29,298 nt of DNA from Okeania sp. (GTDB taxonomy: Bacteria > Cyanobacteriota > Cyanobacteriia > Cyanobacteriales > Microcoleaceae), in contig NZ_JAYKGW010000044.1 of the NCBI RefSeq assembly GCF_035285525.1, positions 1-29,298 of the forward strand, in the 5' to 3' direction. Shown here one piece after another: positions 1-9,163 of this stretch. The position numbers and the translations under genes are program-made. Positions within the stretch are counted from its first letter, which is position 1. Each line of letters starts with the position of its first letter. The notes beneath the pieces were generated by a model. It ran no database searches, was not told where the DNA came from, and was given only the letters and a program-made list of their open reading frames with translations.

Positions 1-174
1 TAAGCAACTTGAGCGCTTTGGTTAGATTTGTGTTTAGTCAGTAGTATTAATTAATCAATCCACAGTTTATCTGAAAACTGACTAGAGTTAATTTTATCCA
101 TTAATCTCTACTTTAGAATCGACAATCATCAAATCAGCAATAATATAATCTGCTACCCCTAATAATGTATTGAT

Positions 175-945
175 ATGTTGGCCAAAAGAATTTTACCTTG
201 TCTTGATGTTAATGCAGGTCGAGTTGTCAAAGGTGTTAATTTTGTCAACCTTCAAGATGCTGGAGATCCTGTAGAACTAGCTCAAGTTTATAATGATGCT
301 GGTGCTGATGAGTTGGTATTTTTGGATATTACGGCCACTCACGAAGACCGAGGCACAATCATAGATGTGGTTTATCGAACCGCAGAACAGGTGTTTATTC
401 CTCTGACAGTGGGAGGTGGTATTCAATCCTTAGAAAATATTAAAGATTTGTTAAGGGCAGGGGCTGATAAAGTTAGTATTAATTCCGCAGCAGTTCGTAA
501 ACCGGACTTTATTAATCAGGCTAGTGACCGTTTCGGAAATCAATGTATTGTAGTAGCTATTGATGCCCGTCGTCGTTCTGACCTAGATAATTTAGGATGG
601 GATGTTTATGTGCGGGGTGGCCGAGAAAATACTGGTAAGGATGCGATCGCCTGGGCCATAGAGGCTGAAAAAAGAGGGGCAGGAGAGCTGCTGGTGACAA
701 GTATGGATGCTGATGGAACCCAAGCTGGTTATGATTTAGCGCTCACGAGGACTATAGCAGAAAATGTGGAGATTCCAGTCATTGCTTCTGGAGGTGCAGG
801 TAACTGTCAGCATATTTTTGAGGCTGTAACTGAAGGGAAAGCAGAGGCAGCACTTCTGGCTTCTTTGTTACATTATGGTCAACTTAGTGTAGCGGAAATT
901 AAGGATTATCTAGCTGGCCATCAAGTTTCTGTTAGACAAAGCTAA
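175..945 (+). CDS. hisF: Imidazole glycerol phosphate synthase, cyclase subunit HisF
   Basis: 256-aa ORF with the typical HisF N-terminus [12 protein letters not shown]. It shows full-length HisF-like motifs ([22 protein letters not shown]). ATG start, TAA stop. Confidence 0.95.
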   Translation: MLAKRILPCLDVNAGRVVKGVNFVNLQDAGDPVELAQVYNDAGADELVFLDITATHEDRGTIIDVVYRTAEQVFIPLTVGGGIQSLENIKDLLRAGADKVSINSAAVRKPDFINQASDRFGNQCIVVAIDARRRSDLDNLGWDVYVRGGRENTGKDAIAWAIEAEKRGAGELLVTSMDADGTQAGYDLALTRTIAENVEIPVIASGGAGNCQHIFEAVTEGKAEAALLASLLHYGQLSVAEIKDYLAGHQVSVRQS

Positions 946-1115
946 TTTTACTTGGAAGTAAAAAAAAGGAATGAGTTGATTAGGACGTAGACTGATGATG
1001 AACTTGACGCAGAGAAATGTTTTTTCTACTGTTCCCTATTCCCTTTTCCCTGCTATAGCACTCAAAGCAAAGGGCATGGACATTTATACATCCTGAAACC
1101 CCTTGATATTCTACT

Positions 1116-1143
1116 GTTCCCTGTTCCCTGTTCCCTGTTCCCT
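1116..1143. repeat. STRR-type heptamer array (GTTCCCT)x4
   Basis: Four perfect tandem GTTCCCT units. An inverse-orientation array (AGGGAAC x3) lies at 1470-1490. Confidence 0.9.
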
Positions 1144-1240
1144 GCCATAACTTTAATTTTTAGATTTTCTTAGGCAAGATACTGAGACATATTTTAAGAA
1201 ATGTTGTTAGAATAAAAAGCATTGTTACAAAACGTAACTT

Positions 1241-1453
1241 ATGTTGCTCACAATTCTAATACTTGATGTTGCTTTGGTCGCTTGGTCTCTGCATTTGATG
1301 CAAGAGGCATTCCATTATCGGGAATTTTCTTTAATGCTGGCAGGTATCTTAGTTGCTACATCTGCTGCAGCAATGATGGTGGTTTATTTTCTGATGGGTA
1401 CTTGTATGAGTCACCTCACTCAAATGTCTCAACATTCCTACATATATTTTTAA
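1241..1453 (+). CDS. Hypothetical small membrane protein (70 aa), doubtful
   Basis: The ORF has two hydrophobic stretches (LLTILILDVALVAWSL, LMLAGILVATSAAAMMVVYFL). It has no recognisable family and no clear SD. It lies inside the inverted-repeat-bracketed segment. Confidence 0.3.
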   Translation: MLLTILILDVALVAWSLHLMQEAFHYREFSLMLAGILVATSAAAMMVVYFLMGTCMSHLTQMSQHSYIYF

Positions 1454-1658
1454 GCTGATTATTTATAGCAGGGAACAGGGAACAGGGAAAAGTTGGAAGA
1501 ACATTTCCACTGTTTCAGATTCATTCTTAAATTTATGTCCTTACTGATTCTTTTTTTGTTATATCAGTTTTCATCAGAGTACAATTCTCCTTAAAAAGGT
1601 TAGGTACTCTGATTACTCATCTGACGGAAATGGTGTTGAAATTTTTTCAATTAATTTC

Positions 1659-1687
1659 TTGACAAACAAAAAAAAATTAGGTAATAT
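1659..1687 (+). promoter_or_regulatory. Sigma70-type promoter for tRNA-Ala
   Basis: Consensus -35 TTGACA (1659-1664), an exact 17-nt spacer, then -10 TAATAT (1682-1687). The predicted start is about 10 nt upstream of the tRNA 5' end. Confidence 0.55.
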
Positions 1688-1704
1688 TAGTAGTGCTTTG
1701 GTTA

Positions 1705-1777
1705 GGGGTTATAGCTCAGTTGGTAGAGCACCTCAATGGCATTGAGGGGGCCAGCGGTTCGAGTCCGCTTAACTCCA
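1705..1777 (+). tRNA. tRNA-Ala (anticodon GGC)
   Basis: Hand-folded 73-nt cloverleaf:
- acceptor GGGGTTA/TAACTCC with the G3:U70 alanine identity pair
- D stem GCTC/GAGC
- anticodon stem CCTCA/TGAGG with loop ATGGCAT
- T stem AGCGG/CCGCT with loop TTCGAGT
- discriminator A
CCA is not encoded. Confidence 0.93.
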
Positions 1778-1811
1778 TTCAGAATTTATGAGTTTAGGGG
1801 ATATTAATTAG

Positions 1812-2097
1812 GGCTGATCATCATTAAAGAGGTTGACAAAAAGGCTATTCTCTGTTAAGTAAAAATAGCGATCGCCATTTTTGAGGTTCAGATAAAGTGT
1901 AGCACAGTTGAAATGCTTCGGTCGGTAGGGGCGAGTTTCTCTGTAGGGACGTTGCATAAATAAGGGCATCCGTACAAAGATTTTTCACGGGTTCAGGTTA
2001 GATAAATCCGCCCGACAATGATGTAATGCACAGTTTTAGCTTTGTTAGTCCACTACTTTTGTTGATCAAGCTTCTAACTTCTAATTGATGACACACC
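1812..2097 (+). mobile_element. MITE-like element, family 1, copy 1 (about 286 bp, left end degenerate)
   Basis: Homologous along its length to the reverse complement of 14046-14380. Shared blocks are gttgacaaaaaggct..tctctgtta, gcgatcgc, aggttcagata, ggtaggggcg.ttt.tc..taggga.gtt, gttagataaa.ccgccc..caatgat and ttttgttgat.aagcttctaac.tctaa.ttgatgacacacc. The right terminus TTGATGACACACC is at 2085-2097. The element lies 34 bp downstream of the tRNA. Confidence 0.6.
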
Positions 2098-2212
2098 CTA
2101 AGTAGGAAAAATTTATACTATAATTTAAAGGTTTAACTGATAATAATTCTAAATTTTAATAAAATACTGTATTTTTTTCTATTGCTTATTGCTTTCCCTA
2201 AAATTATTTCTC

Positions 2213-3463
2213 ATGGAAAAAGAGCATAACTATTATGAAGTTTTAGGAGTATCAAAGGATGCTTCGGCAGAACAGATTAAAAAAGCATATCATAATCTAG
2301 CACGTCAATATCACCCGGATGTTAATTCAGCAAATATAAATGCAGCAGAAAAGTTTAAAGAAATTAATTTAGCTTATGAGGTTCTTTCTGATTCATTGAA
2401 GCGATCGCTATATGACAAAAATGTAGGAGGGAATGTACAGGAATTATATCAACGAGGAGTTGCTAAAAGTCAAGTTGGAGATTATCATGGTGCTATACTA
2501 GATTATACAAAAGCACTAGAAATTAATCCTGATTGGGTACAGGTTTTGTATCATAGAGGGTTTGCTAGTTATAAATTGCAGGATTATCGGAATGCCGATC
2601 TTGACTATACTAAGGCATTATCTTTAGACCCATCTTTGGTAGAAGTTTACTATTATCGGGGTTTATGTCGGATAAAATTAAAGTATATTCAAGCTGGTAT
2701 GGATGATTATATTAAAGCATTAGAAATAAATCCTAATTTTGCTCATGTTTATTATCACCGTGGTTTGGTTTATTTAGAATTACAAGAAAATCGTCTAGCA
2801 AAATTAGATTTTCAGAAAGCTGCCCAAATTTTTGCTGAGGAAGGAGATATATCTAATTCTCAAAGATCGTTAGAAGCTATTAGAAGTTTAAAGGATTTTT
2901 CTTGGGGAGAAATACTAACAACATTCCAGGAAAGTTTTCAGGATAGTTGGATAACAATTAAGACTTTTTTGCCTAATCCTATAGGAGGTTTATTACCAGC
3001 TTTTGCTAAGTTGGAAGAGAACAGATCGTTGAATGTAGCAATTTTATTAGGGATAATATTTGAAGTTTGTTTTGTAATGGGAATTAATCTGATTTTAGAA
3101 CGATTAGATGAAAGTAATCATACAGAATTTTTATTGTTAATAATTATTGGTATTATTTCTTTTATAAATGTAACAGTTACAAGTGGTTTTGCTAGATTAA
3201 TATTTCATGCTGATGGTAGTTTAACTGGTGATTTATTTATTGCAGGAACCTCATTATTACCTCTGGGTTTATTGATGTTAATTAGTGCTATTTTAAATAG
3301 TTGGATAATTAGTTTTGTTTTAGGTATATTTGCTTTTTGTTATACGATTTTAACTATGTATAGTGGTTGTCAAAATATTTCTAATATTTCTGAAGAAAAA
3401 TCTGCTATGATAGTACCAATTATGTTATTATTAAGTGGGTTACCATTGGGTTTAATTAATTAG
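2213..3463 (+). CDS. J-domain / TPR-repeat / C-terminal polytopic membrane-domain fusion protein
   Basis: N-terminal DnaJ J-domain (YYEVLGV...YHPDVN...AYEVLSD) followed by about 5 TPR-like repeats (repeated A..DY.KALE.NP....YY.RG). The C-terminal 150 aa contain about 5 hydrophobic segments. I start at ATG 2213 ([13 protein letters not shown]) rather than the TTG at 2189 in the ORF track. Confidence 0.85.
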   Translation: MEKEHNYYEVLGVSKDASAEQIKKAYHNLARQYHPDVNSANINAAEKFKEINLAYEVLSDSLKRSLYDKNVGGNVQELYQRGVAKSQVGDYHGAILDYTKALEINPDWVQVLYHRGFASYKLQDYRNADLDYTKALSLDPSLVEVYYYRGLCRIKLKYIQAGMDDYIKALEINPNFAHVYYHRGLVYLELQENRLAKLDFQKAAQIFAEEGDISNSQRSLEAIRSLKDFSWGEILTTFQESFQDSWITIKTFLPNPIGGLLPAFAKLEENRSLNVAILLGIIFEVCFVMGINLILERLDESNHTEFLLLIIIGIISFINVTVTSGFARLIFHADGSLTGDLFIAGTSLLPLGLLMLISAILNSWIISFVLGIFAFCYTILTMYSGCQNISNISEEKSAMIVPIMLLLSGLPLGLIN

Positions 3464-3772
3464 GGAGTGATTCAAGAATTAATTATTAATTCTTTTGATC
3501 AACAAGATGATTTGATTGACTAAAAGAATTTTTTTCTTCATTGATGGATAAGCTTTATATATTAATTTTTTGGCAAGGGGTAATACGAGGCTTGATAAAT
3601 GTTGGCGACAAATATCTAGGGGTTTTTTTAGGTCGAAAATCGTCTTTTTTTTTGTCAAATAGACATATCTGGTAAAGTCTACTTATTACCCTTTTACTGT
3701 TCCTAACATTCTTTTTGAAAATTGGTATAAGAAGTAGGCAATAAGGATAATAATTTATCAAATAAGTTACGG

Positions 3773-3828
3773 TAGGAGTTTGGTTGACAAATCAAATTTT
3801 CACTTGAGTTTTGTCTGCAAACTCCTAA
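3773..3828. other. Extended hairpin between convergent genes
   Basis: TAGGAGTTTG..GACAAA-(19 nt)-TTTGTC..CAAACTCCTA gives 10 + 6 bp of pairing. There is no clean U-tract on either strand. Confidence 0.3.
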
Positions 3829-3919
3829 CTTCAATAATTAATTATTAATTATTCATAATTACCTCTTCATTTATTACAAAAAATTGAAAATAAGGAATAC
3901 TGCCAAAAGTTACATCTAA

Positions 3920-3977
3920 CTTCTTCCTTCTTCCCTCTTCCTTCTTCCCTCTTCCTTCTTCCCTCTTCCTTCCTTCA
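3920..3977. repeat. STRR-type tandem array, 14-nt unit CTTCCTTCTTCCCT (two 7-mers), about 4 units
   Basis: Direct reading gives cttcttccttcttccctcttccttcttccctcttccttcttccctcttccttccttc. It lies just downstream of the radical SAM stop codon. Confidence 0.9.
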
Positions 3978-4013
3978 AAAGCTGAATGCTTACCCATAAA
4001 AACATCCTACTAT

Positions 4014-5615
4014 TTAAGCGACCTCTTCTTTTACCTTTTTCTTATAGCTCATAACTTCATCCTTAATCACATTAAACTGTTTATTCTCAGCTAAATATTC
4101 AGCTAACTGCCCTTCAATACTTTCTTTTACAATATAACGATACTCATGAAAATGTTCGATATGAGCGCAGGTGCTGATATAAGAACTTAAAACTTTAGGA
4201 TTATGTTTTCTAATACTAAACAAATGATGCCAAAACTTCCAACGAGTTTTCCGCTTTATTCCCTGGCGCCAACAAATAATTAATAATGCTCGTAAATCTA
4301 CCAAACTAGGCATTTTTACTGCACCTTTACCAGTAGGAGCGCCCATTATGAGAAAATGTTGATAAGTTCGATCTAAAAACTTTTCATGGTCATACAATTT
4401 CCAGAATGCTTCTATATATTCTGTGGCAATATCTTCTATTGGTCTAGTAGGAATAAAATTTGTTAAAGTTACTTGATTACCATTACCACTTTTATCTAAA
4501 AGACGACCTTCCTTTTTCAGGCGATGCCAAAGTGCAGTATTTGGTAAAACTTGTAACATACTAAAAAAGGCAGTGGGAATAGTTGTCTCTTCCACAAACT
4601 TAACGATACGATCGCCTGCTCCTGGTTTTTCTCCATCAAAACCAATAATAAACCCTGACATTACTCTTAAACCAGACCTAATAATTTTTTCTACCGCCTC
4701 ATTAAGAGGGTTACGATTATTTTGATATTTCTGGGTTAACTCTAAACTATCTTCATCAGGGGTTTCTATTCCTAAAAATACTGATTTAAAATTGCAATCT
4801 ACCATTAATTTCATTAATTCTAAATCTTCTGCTAAATTAACGGAAGCTTCTGTAGCAATTTTAAATGGACATTGACGTTCTGCTTGCCAAACTTTTAACT
4901 CTTTCAGCAACAATTTAACATTACGTTTATTGCCAATAAAGTTGTCATCTACCATAAATAGAGAACCACGCCATCCTAAATCGTATAGATAATCCAACTC
5001 TGCTAATAATTGTTCAGGGGTTTTGGTACGAGGTTTACGACCATAAAGAACTATAATATCACAAAATTCACATTGGAACGGACAACCACGGGAAAATTGA
5101 ACCGACATAGATTCATAATATTTCATTTCCAATAAATCGAACCTAGGAACAGGAGTAGTTGTCACATCAGGTTTATTCCCATCTGCACGGAAAATACCTT
5201 TAGTTTCCCCACCCTGAATAGCATCCACAAACATTGGTAAAGTAATTTCCCCTTCGTCCAAAATCAGAAAATCTACACCACTGTCCAATTGTTCTTGGGG
5301 TAAGGCCGTGGGATATGGACCACCACAGGCCACTAATTTATTACGTCGTTTGGCCTCGCGAATTTGGTCATGTAGGTCTTCTTTTTGGACAATCATTGCC
5401 GAAAGTATGACTAAATCTGCCCATTCCCATTCTGCTTCTGTAACTGTTCTAATGTTTCTATCGACTAACTTAAATTCCCATTCCTGGGGTAAGATAGCTG
5501 CTACTGTAACCATACCTAAAGGAGGTAGCATTACTTTGCGGTTTACCAGTTCCAGAGCTTTTTCAAAAGACCAGAAAGATTTAGGAAATAAGGGGTAAAT
5601 TAATAAGACTCGCAT
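4014..5615 (-). CDS. B12-binding domain-containing radical SAM protein (DUF4070-type C-terminus)
   Basis: 533 aa. The N-terminal Rossmann-like B12-binding region starts MRVLLIYP...LPPLGMVTVAAIL. The radical SAM cluster motif is CPFQCEFC (CxxxCxxC). The long conserved C-terminal region is typical of the cyanobacterial DUF4070 family (recognised from memory). Confidence 0.9.
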   Translation of the reverse strand: MRVLLIYPLFPKSFWSFEKALELVNRKVMLPPLGMVTVAAILPQEWEFKLVDRNIRTVTEAEWEWADLVILSAMIVQKEDLHDQIREAKRRNKLVACGGPYPTALPQEQLDSGVDFLILDEGEITLPMFVDAIQGGETKGIFRADGNKPDVTTTPVPRFDLLEMKYYESMSVQFSRGCPFQCEFCDIIVLYGRKPRTKTPEQLLAELDYLYDLGWRGSLFMVDDNFIGNKRNVKLLLKELKVWQAERQCPFKIATEASVNLAEDLELMKLMVDCNFKSVFLGIETPDEDSLELTQKYQNNRNPLNEAVEKIIRSGLRVMSGFIIGFDGEKPGAGDRIVKFVEETTIPTAFFSMLQVLPNTALWHRLKKEGRLLDKSGNGNQVTLTNFIPTRPIEDIATEYIEAFWKLYDHEKFLDRTYQHFLIMGAPTGKGAVKMPSLVDLRALLIICWRQGIKRKTRWKFWHHLFSIRKHNPKVLSSYISTCAHIEHFHEYRYIVKESIEGQLAEYLAENKQFNVIKDEVMSYKKKVKEEVA

Positions 5616-5653
5616 CAGAATTTTAGCTCCTCACATTTAGATTAAACATTTAG

Positions 5654-5703
5654 GTAAGCATTTCCTGGGTCATGCTGCGCAAACAGCTATTATTTATCAG
5701 CTT
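5654..5703 (-). repeat. Partial copy of MITE-like family 2 terminal module
   Basis: gtaagcatttcctgggtcatgctgcgcaaacagctatta resembles the reverse complement of 7607-7648 (agctaatagctgttggcgctgtattccgcaggaaatgcttac). It lies about 40 bp upstream of the radical SAM start. Confidence 0.45.
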
Positions 5704-6257
5704 AAATAATAAAAATAACTGTACCTCAGTAACTTCAGAAAAGCTACAATTAGGGATAACTAGAAAGTATTTTGGCTAGAGCAGGGCATTCTCATTCTGG
5801 CAGTAAAATTATTAGAATATAAGGATACTTGGGAGACAAGAAGAATTATTTTTTTGTTATTAAATTTTTTCTTAGGAATAAAGCAGCAATATTCTCTCTA
5901 GCTTATCCAGTTTAGGGGTTTAACTATAGCATCAAATTAAAATAACAACATCCTGGGGAGTAGAAAAGTAATTTTTTTCCTTGTCTACCCAAAATACTAA
6001 CTTTTTAAACTTAAGTAACCAAAAAGCTAGCACTTTTTCGCGACTTCAAAAGGTTAAAAATTTTATCTGTAACTCCTTTTAAATTTAATCAGCAAATCCT
6101 TATTAGGATAGCTTAGTTAATATAGGGTTTCCCATAGTTATAAAGTACATCTATTTTGATTTTTATCCTAATTCTCCATTCCCTCCATACCTCCATACCT
6201 GTTCCCTAAAATCAGGAATTTTGTATCTGAAAAGTATGGGAATTTCTATAAGTTAAT

Positions 6258-7310
6258 TTACCACTTTACCACCACAAACATATTTTCAAACATTTCATTA
6301 ATAATATCTTCCATATTGTCTACATTTACAGAATTAGGGCCTTCCACAAATTCTTGTAATGTAATTTTCTGATCTTTAAAATCTTTAACAAAATCACGCA
6401 ATTTTTTCAAAGATTTTACTTGAAATTTGGCTTCTTGTAGCACAGTTTCCATCAAATCTTCTCCATTTCGTTTTGCTTTCCGATATTGTTTAACCATACT
6501 ACCTTGAGGAGTATTTTTTACTTCTCGTAATTCAGCTTTAACTTGTTCATACTGTTGAGATAATAATTCAATTTCTTTTCCTAAACGTTCACATTCTTTT
6601 TCACTATCATTTTGATAAAACTTTACTGTTTCCTCATTTTTTTCCCGTTCAATTTCTAACAACCTAGCTAGATCGCCACTTTGATAGGCAATATTAATTT
6701 CTTTCATTATTTCAGTATAGAGAATACGAGTTTCATCTTCAGTTGCTTTATCAGGATGAAACTTATCAGCTAATTTTAAGAAAATTTTTCTTAAATCTCT
6801 ACTCGGACGTGGTTGATAAATTTCTGGTTGTTCCTCAAATTTATAGTTATTATAAAAATCTTCTTCAAAAAAGTCTTTCTCAGTTCCATCTTCCGAATCA
6901 TCTCTAATATCATCTTCAAAATTTGCTGATGATAATTGAGAAAAACATTCTGGTTTTAGGGAAATTTTCCCAGTTATTTGTAGAGTTCGATAAATATCTA
7001 TAAGTTCTTGCTTATGACGCTTTTTTAAATGCTTCTTATTCAAAATTTTCTGAAATAGACCATGAATTTCTTCATCCAAGTTATTAATTTCTTCCTCAAA
7101 TGGTCTGCTTTTATGAAACATTTCTTTAGTCAAGGTTTGTATCTGTTCAGTAAGGTTAAATAGTTCAGTTTTTTTACGTTTTATTTTAGTCAGAAGTTTT
7201 TGATGTTTTTCGTTAAGAAAATTAATTCTATTATGAATAGAAGAAAACGATATCGCATTTTCTTCTGATATAGAATGAGAAGTAACTGTTTTTTTAGTTT
7301 TTCTTGGCAT
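6258..7310 (-). CDS. J-domain-containing coiled-coil protein
   Basis: 350 aa, rich in K and E with heptad-like stretches. An internal J-domain-like segment carries an HPD motif (RKIFLKLADKFHPDKATEDETRILYTEIMKEINIAYQSGDLARL). Confidence 0.75.
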   Translation of the reverse strand: MPRKTKKTVTSHSISEENAISFSSIHNRINFLNEKHQKLLTKIKRKKTELFNLTEQIQTLTKEMFHKSRPFEEEINNLDEEIHGLFQKILNKKHLKKRHKQELIDIYRTLQITGKISLKPECFSQLSSANFEDDIRDDSEDGTEKDFFEEDFYNNYKFEEQPEIYQPRPSRDLRKIFLKLADKFHPDKATEDETRILYTEIMKEINIAYQSGDLARLLEIEREKNEETVKFYQNDSEKECERLGKEIELLSQQYEQVKAELREVKNTPQGSMVKQYRKAKRNGEDLMETVLQEAKFQVKSLKKLRDFVKDFKDQKITLQEFVEGPNSVNVDNMEDIINEMFENMFVVVKW

Positions 7311-7429
7311 AATAAATAAATAAATGTCTTAACTATTATTTTAAATTTAATCTTTTGGTAAGTATTTAGGTCAGTTAGTCTCTTATAGAGAAACTGCATT
7401 ATCATATATAGGTAACCATTTATATCTCA

Positions 7430-7648
7430 GCCATAAGTTATCAGCTATTAGCTATTGCTTTTAGTGACTGATAAAAGCTTTATTAATTGATAAATGAAAA
7501 GTTTTACTACAAAAGTCAGCTCCAAAGTTTAGATTCACTTAAAACTTCTCCTTAAAAATAGAGTCTTCTTGCTGTTAAGGCAGTTCCGACCTAGGAGTCA
7601 ACTGAAAGCTAATAGCTGTTGGCGCTGTATTCCGCAGGAAATGCTTAC
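7430..7648 (+). mobile_element. MITE-like element, family 2, copy A (left tip apparently truncated)
   Basis: Internal terminal inverted repeat CAGCTATTAGCT (7442-7453) / AGCTAATAGCTG (7607-7618). It is colinear with 9164-9365 through the shared blocks atcagctattagcta.tgcttttagt, gataaaagctttatta, ct.ctccttaa and aatgcttac. Confidence 0.55.
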
Positions 7649-7650
7649 AT

Positions 7651-7787
7651 ATATAGTAATCCTAAATAAGTTCTGATAAATCAAAAACTCAATAAAAAAC
7701 TGAAACTCCCATCTGTTAATTGTTAAGCTTTTCCTATTCCCTAAAATCAATGAAATTTTGTCAACAACTCAAATAGGATTACTATAT
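7651..7787. repeat. Perfect 14-bp inverted repeat pair separated by 109 bp
   Basis: ATATAGTAATCCTA (7651-7664) and TAGGATTACTATAT (7774-7787). Confidence 0.7.
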
Positions 7788-8110
7788 CAGTTATTAAATC
7801 ATTATCACACCAAAATATAACTATTTATAAGGAGAATTAAAATTTATATTTGCCCAGGATTTCGTAGGAAAAGCTGAATGCTTACAATCAGAGTTTTATC
7901 TTGAATTTCTTTCTTTTTTGTTAGTAATAATATTGCTCACAAAGATTTATCAATTTGGTATTATTTATACAGTAATAATACAAAAAACAAGAGATTACTA
8001 TTCCCTGTAGTTAACAGATTTACCAAAAACTGGATTCTATACTCTATTAATCTTACAATTATAGCCAGTTTTTTTTATTTTATTTGGAATCCAACTTAAT
8101 ATAGTATAAA

Positions 8111-8545
8111 ATGCAATCAGAAGTAAGATTAAAAGTAGCAGTATTAGGATTATTTGTAGCAGATGACCAAGTTCTATTACTGCATCAAATGACAGACCCA
8201 GAACCTAATTGTTGGGACTTACCAGGAGGAGGTTTAAAACCACAAGAAACTCTAATGGAAGGACTAGCGCGAGAGATAAAAGAAGAAACTGGAATTACAG
8301 ATTTTCAAGTAGAACGACTACTAACAATATCGGATAAATTTTTTCCTGAAAGTCAAGGGAAATTACTTCATGCTTTAAATATTATTTATCAGTGTACAGT
8401 AGAACCAAAACCAACTAACCTTAGTAGTGACGATCCAGAAGTTGGACCTTTAGGAATTAAATGGATAGCGATCGCTACTTTAACACCAGAAAAGTGTTCT
8501 AGCAGAACCTGGGAAGCATTACAAGCAGCAGGGTTAATAACTTAA
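8111..8545 (+). CDS. NUDIX hydrolase
   Basis: 144 aa with a complete Nudix box, GGLKPQETLMEGLAREIKEETGI (Gx5Ex7REx2EExGU). Confidence 0.85.
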   Translation: MQSEVRLKVAVLGLFVADDQVLLLHQMTDPEPNCWDLPGGGLKPQETLMEGLAREIKEETGITDFQVERLLTISDKFFPESQGKLLHALNIIYQCTVEPKPTNLSSDDPEVGPLGIKWIAIATLTPEKCSSRTWEALQAAGLIT

Positions 8546-8780
8546 TAACTGTTTAACATATTTTTTCAAAATTTATTCATTTTTTCCTAGACCTAGCGCT
8601 TTTTCTTGTTATGATCTAAATTTATTGTGGGCAAGATGCCCGCACTACAAGAATTTAAACATTTATTCTGTACATTATTTGACCGAAATATACTGTAACT
8701 AAAACCTTATTTTAAGATTACAGAACTCCTAAAAAAAATCATTAACTAAGCTGTATTTATCTATAAATTCATCTATTTTT

Positions 8781-8846
8781 CTTGTTCCTTCTTACTTCTT
8801 CCTTCTTACTTCTTCCTTCTTACTTCTTCCTTCTTACTTCTTACTT
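8781..8846. repeat. STRR-type tandem array, 14-nt unit CTTCCTTCTTACTT, about 4.5 units
   Basis: Direct reading. The array ends 5 nt before the ATG at 8852. Confidence 0.9.
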
Positions 8847-8851
8847 TACAA

Positions 8852-9094
8852 ATGCCAAAAAAACAAAAGTTTCCTTATCTTCTTGGTTCTAAATGGACAG
8901 CAACCCAAAAAACTTGGGGATGGCGGCATTTCCAAGTAGTAAATCGTAAAAATGAAGGTGAATGGGTATTTGCTGAAATGGTAGCATCTTGTGATTCAAC
9001 TGTCAGATTTTGGCTAAATGCTAAACAACTAAAAGACCGTTCCCTTTGGCAACCAGGATGGCAATCAACCCAAGAATTAACACCTCTTGAATAA
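8852..9094 (+). CDS. TIGR02450-type tryptophan-rich small protein
   Basis: 80 aa with the family-typical pattern SKWTA..., HF.V, W..L.D...W.PGW. The family was recognised from memory. Confidence 0.75.
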   Translation: MPKKQKFPYLLGSKWTATQKTWGWRHFQVVNRKNEGEWVFAEMVASCDSTVRFWLNAKQLKDRSLWQPGWQSTQELTPLE

Positions 9095-9163
9095 TATCAT
9101 TTTATGAAAATTAAAAGGGTGCATCTCACATTTCCAAAAATATTTTTTTCTATTCCCTATTCC

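Larger units (their letters stand above)
1014..1507. repeat. 44-bp imperfect inverted repeats bracketing a 406-bp segment
   Basis: 1014-1057 (gaaatgtttttctactgttccct...tgctata) versus the reverse complement of 1464-1507 matches at 38/44 positions by hand alignment. The 7 terminal bases at both ends are identical. Both arms contain GTTCCCT heptamers. Confidence 0.6.

Noticed and set aside
946-968. AT-only hairpin TTTTACTT-gg-AAGTAAAA after the hisF stop, considered as a terminator
   Set aside because: The stem is entirely A/T, the loop is too small and there is no 3' U-tract on the plus strand. This is too weak to call.
3555-3761. 68-aa minus-strand ORF downstream of the radical SAM gene, considered as a possible RiPP precursor
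   Set aside because: The K/I/N-rich composition reflects AT-rich non-coding DNA. There is no leader/core organisation, no SD and no Cys/Ser/Thr-rich core. The DUF4070-type rSAM family is a widespread stand-alone enzyme, not a known RiPP maturase context.
5308-5598. 96-aa plus-strand ORF inside the radical SAM gene, with similar antisense ORFs at 9761-9979 and 28635-28847
   Set aside because: They are antisense to better-supported CDSs and have no motifs or start context.
7190-7405. 71-aa minus-strand ORF overlapping the 5' end of the J-domain coiled-coil gene
   Set aside because: It is out of frame with the longer, better-supported ORF and overlaps it. The composition is AT-rich and low-complexity.
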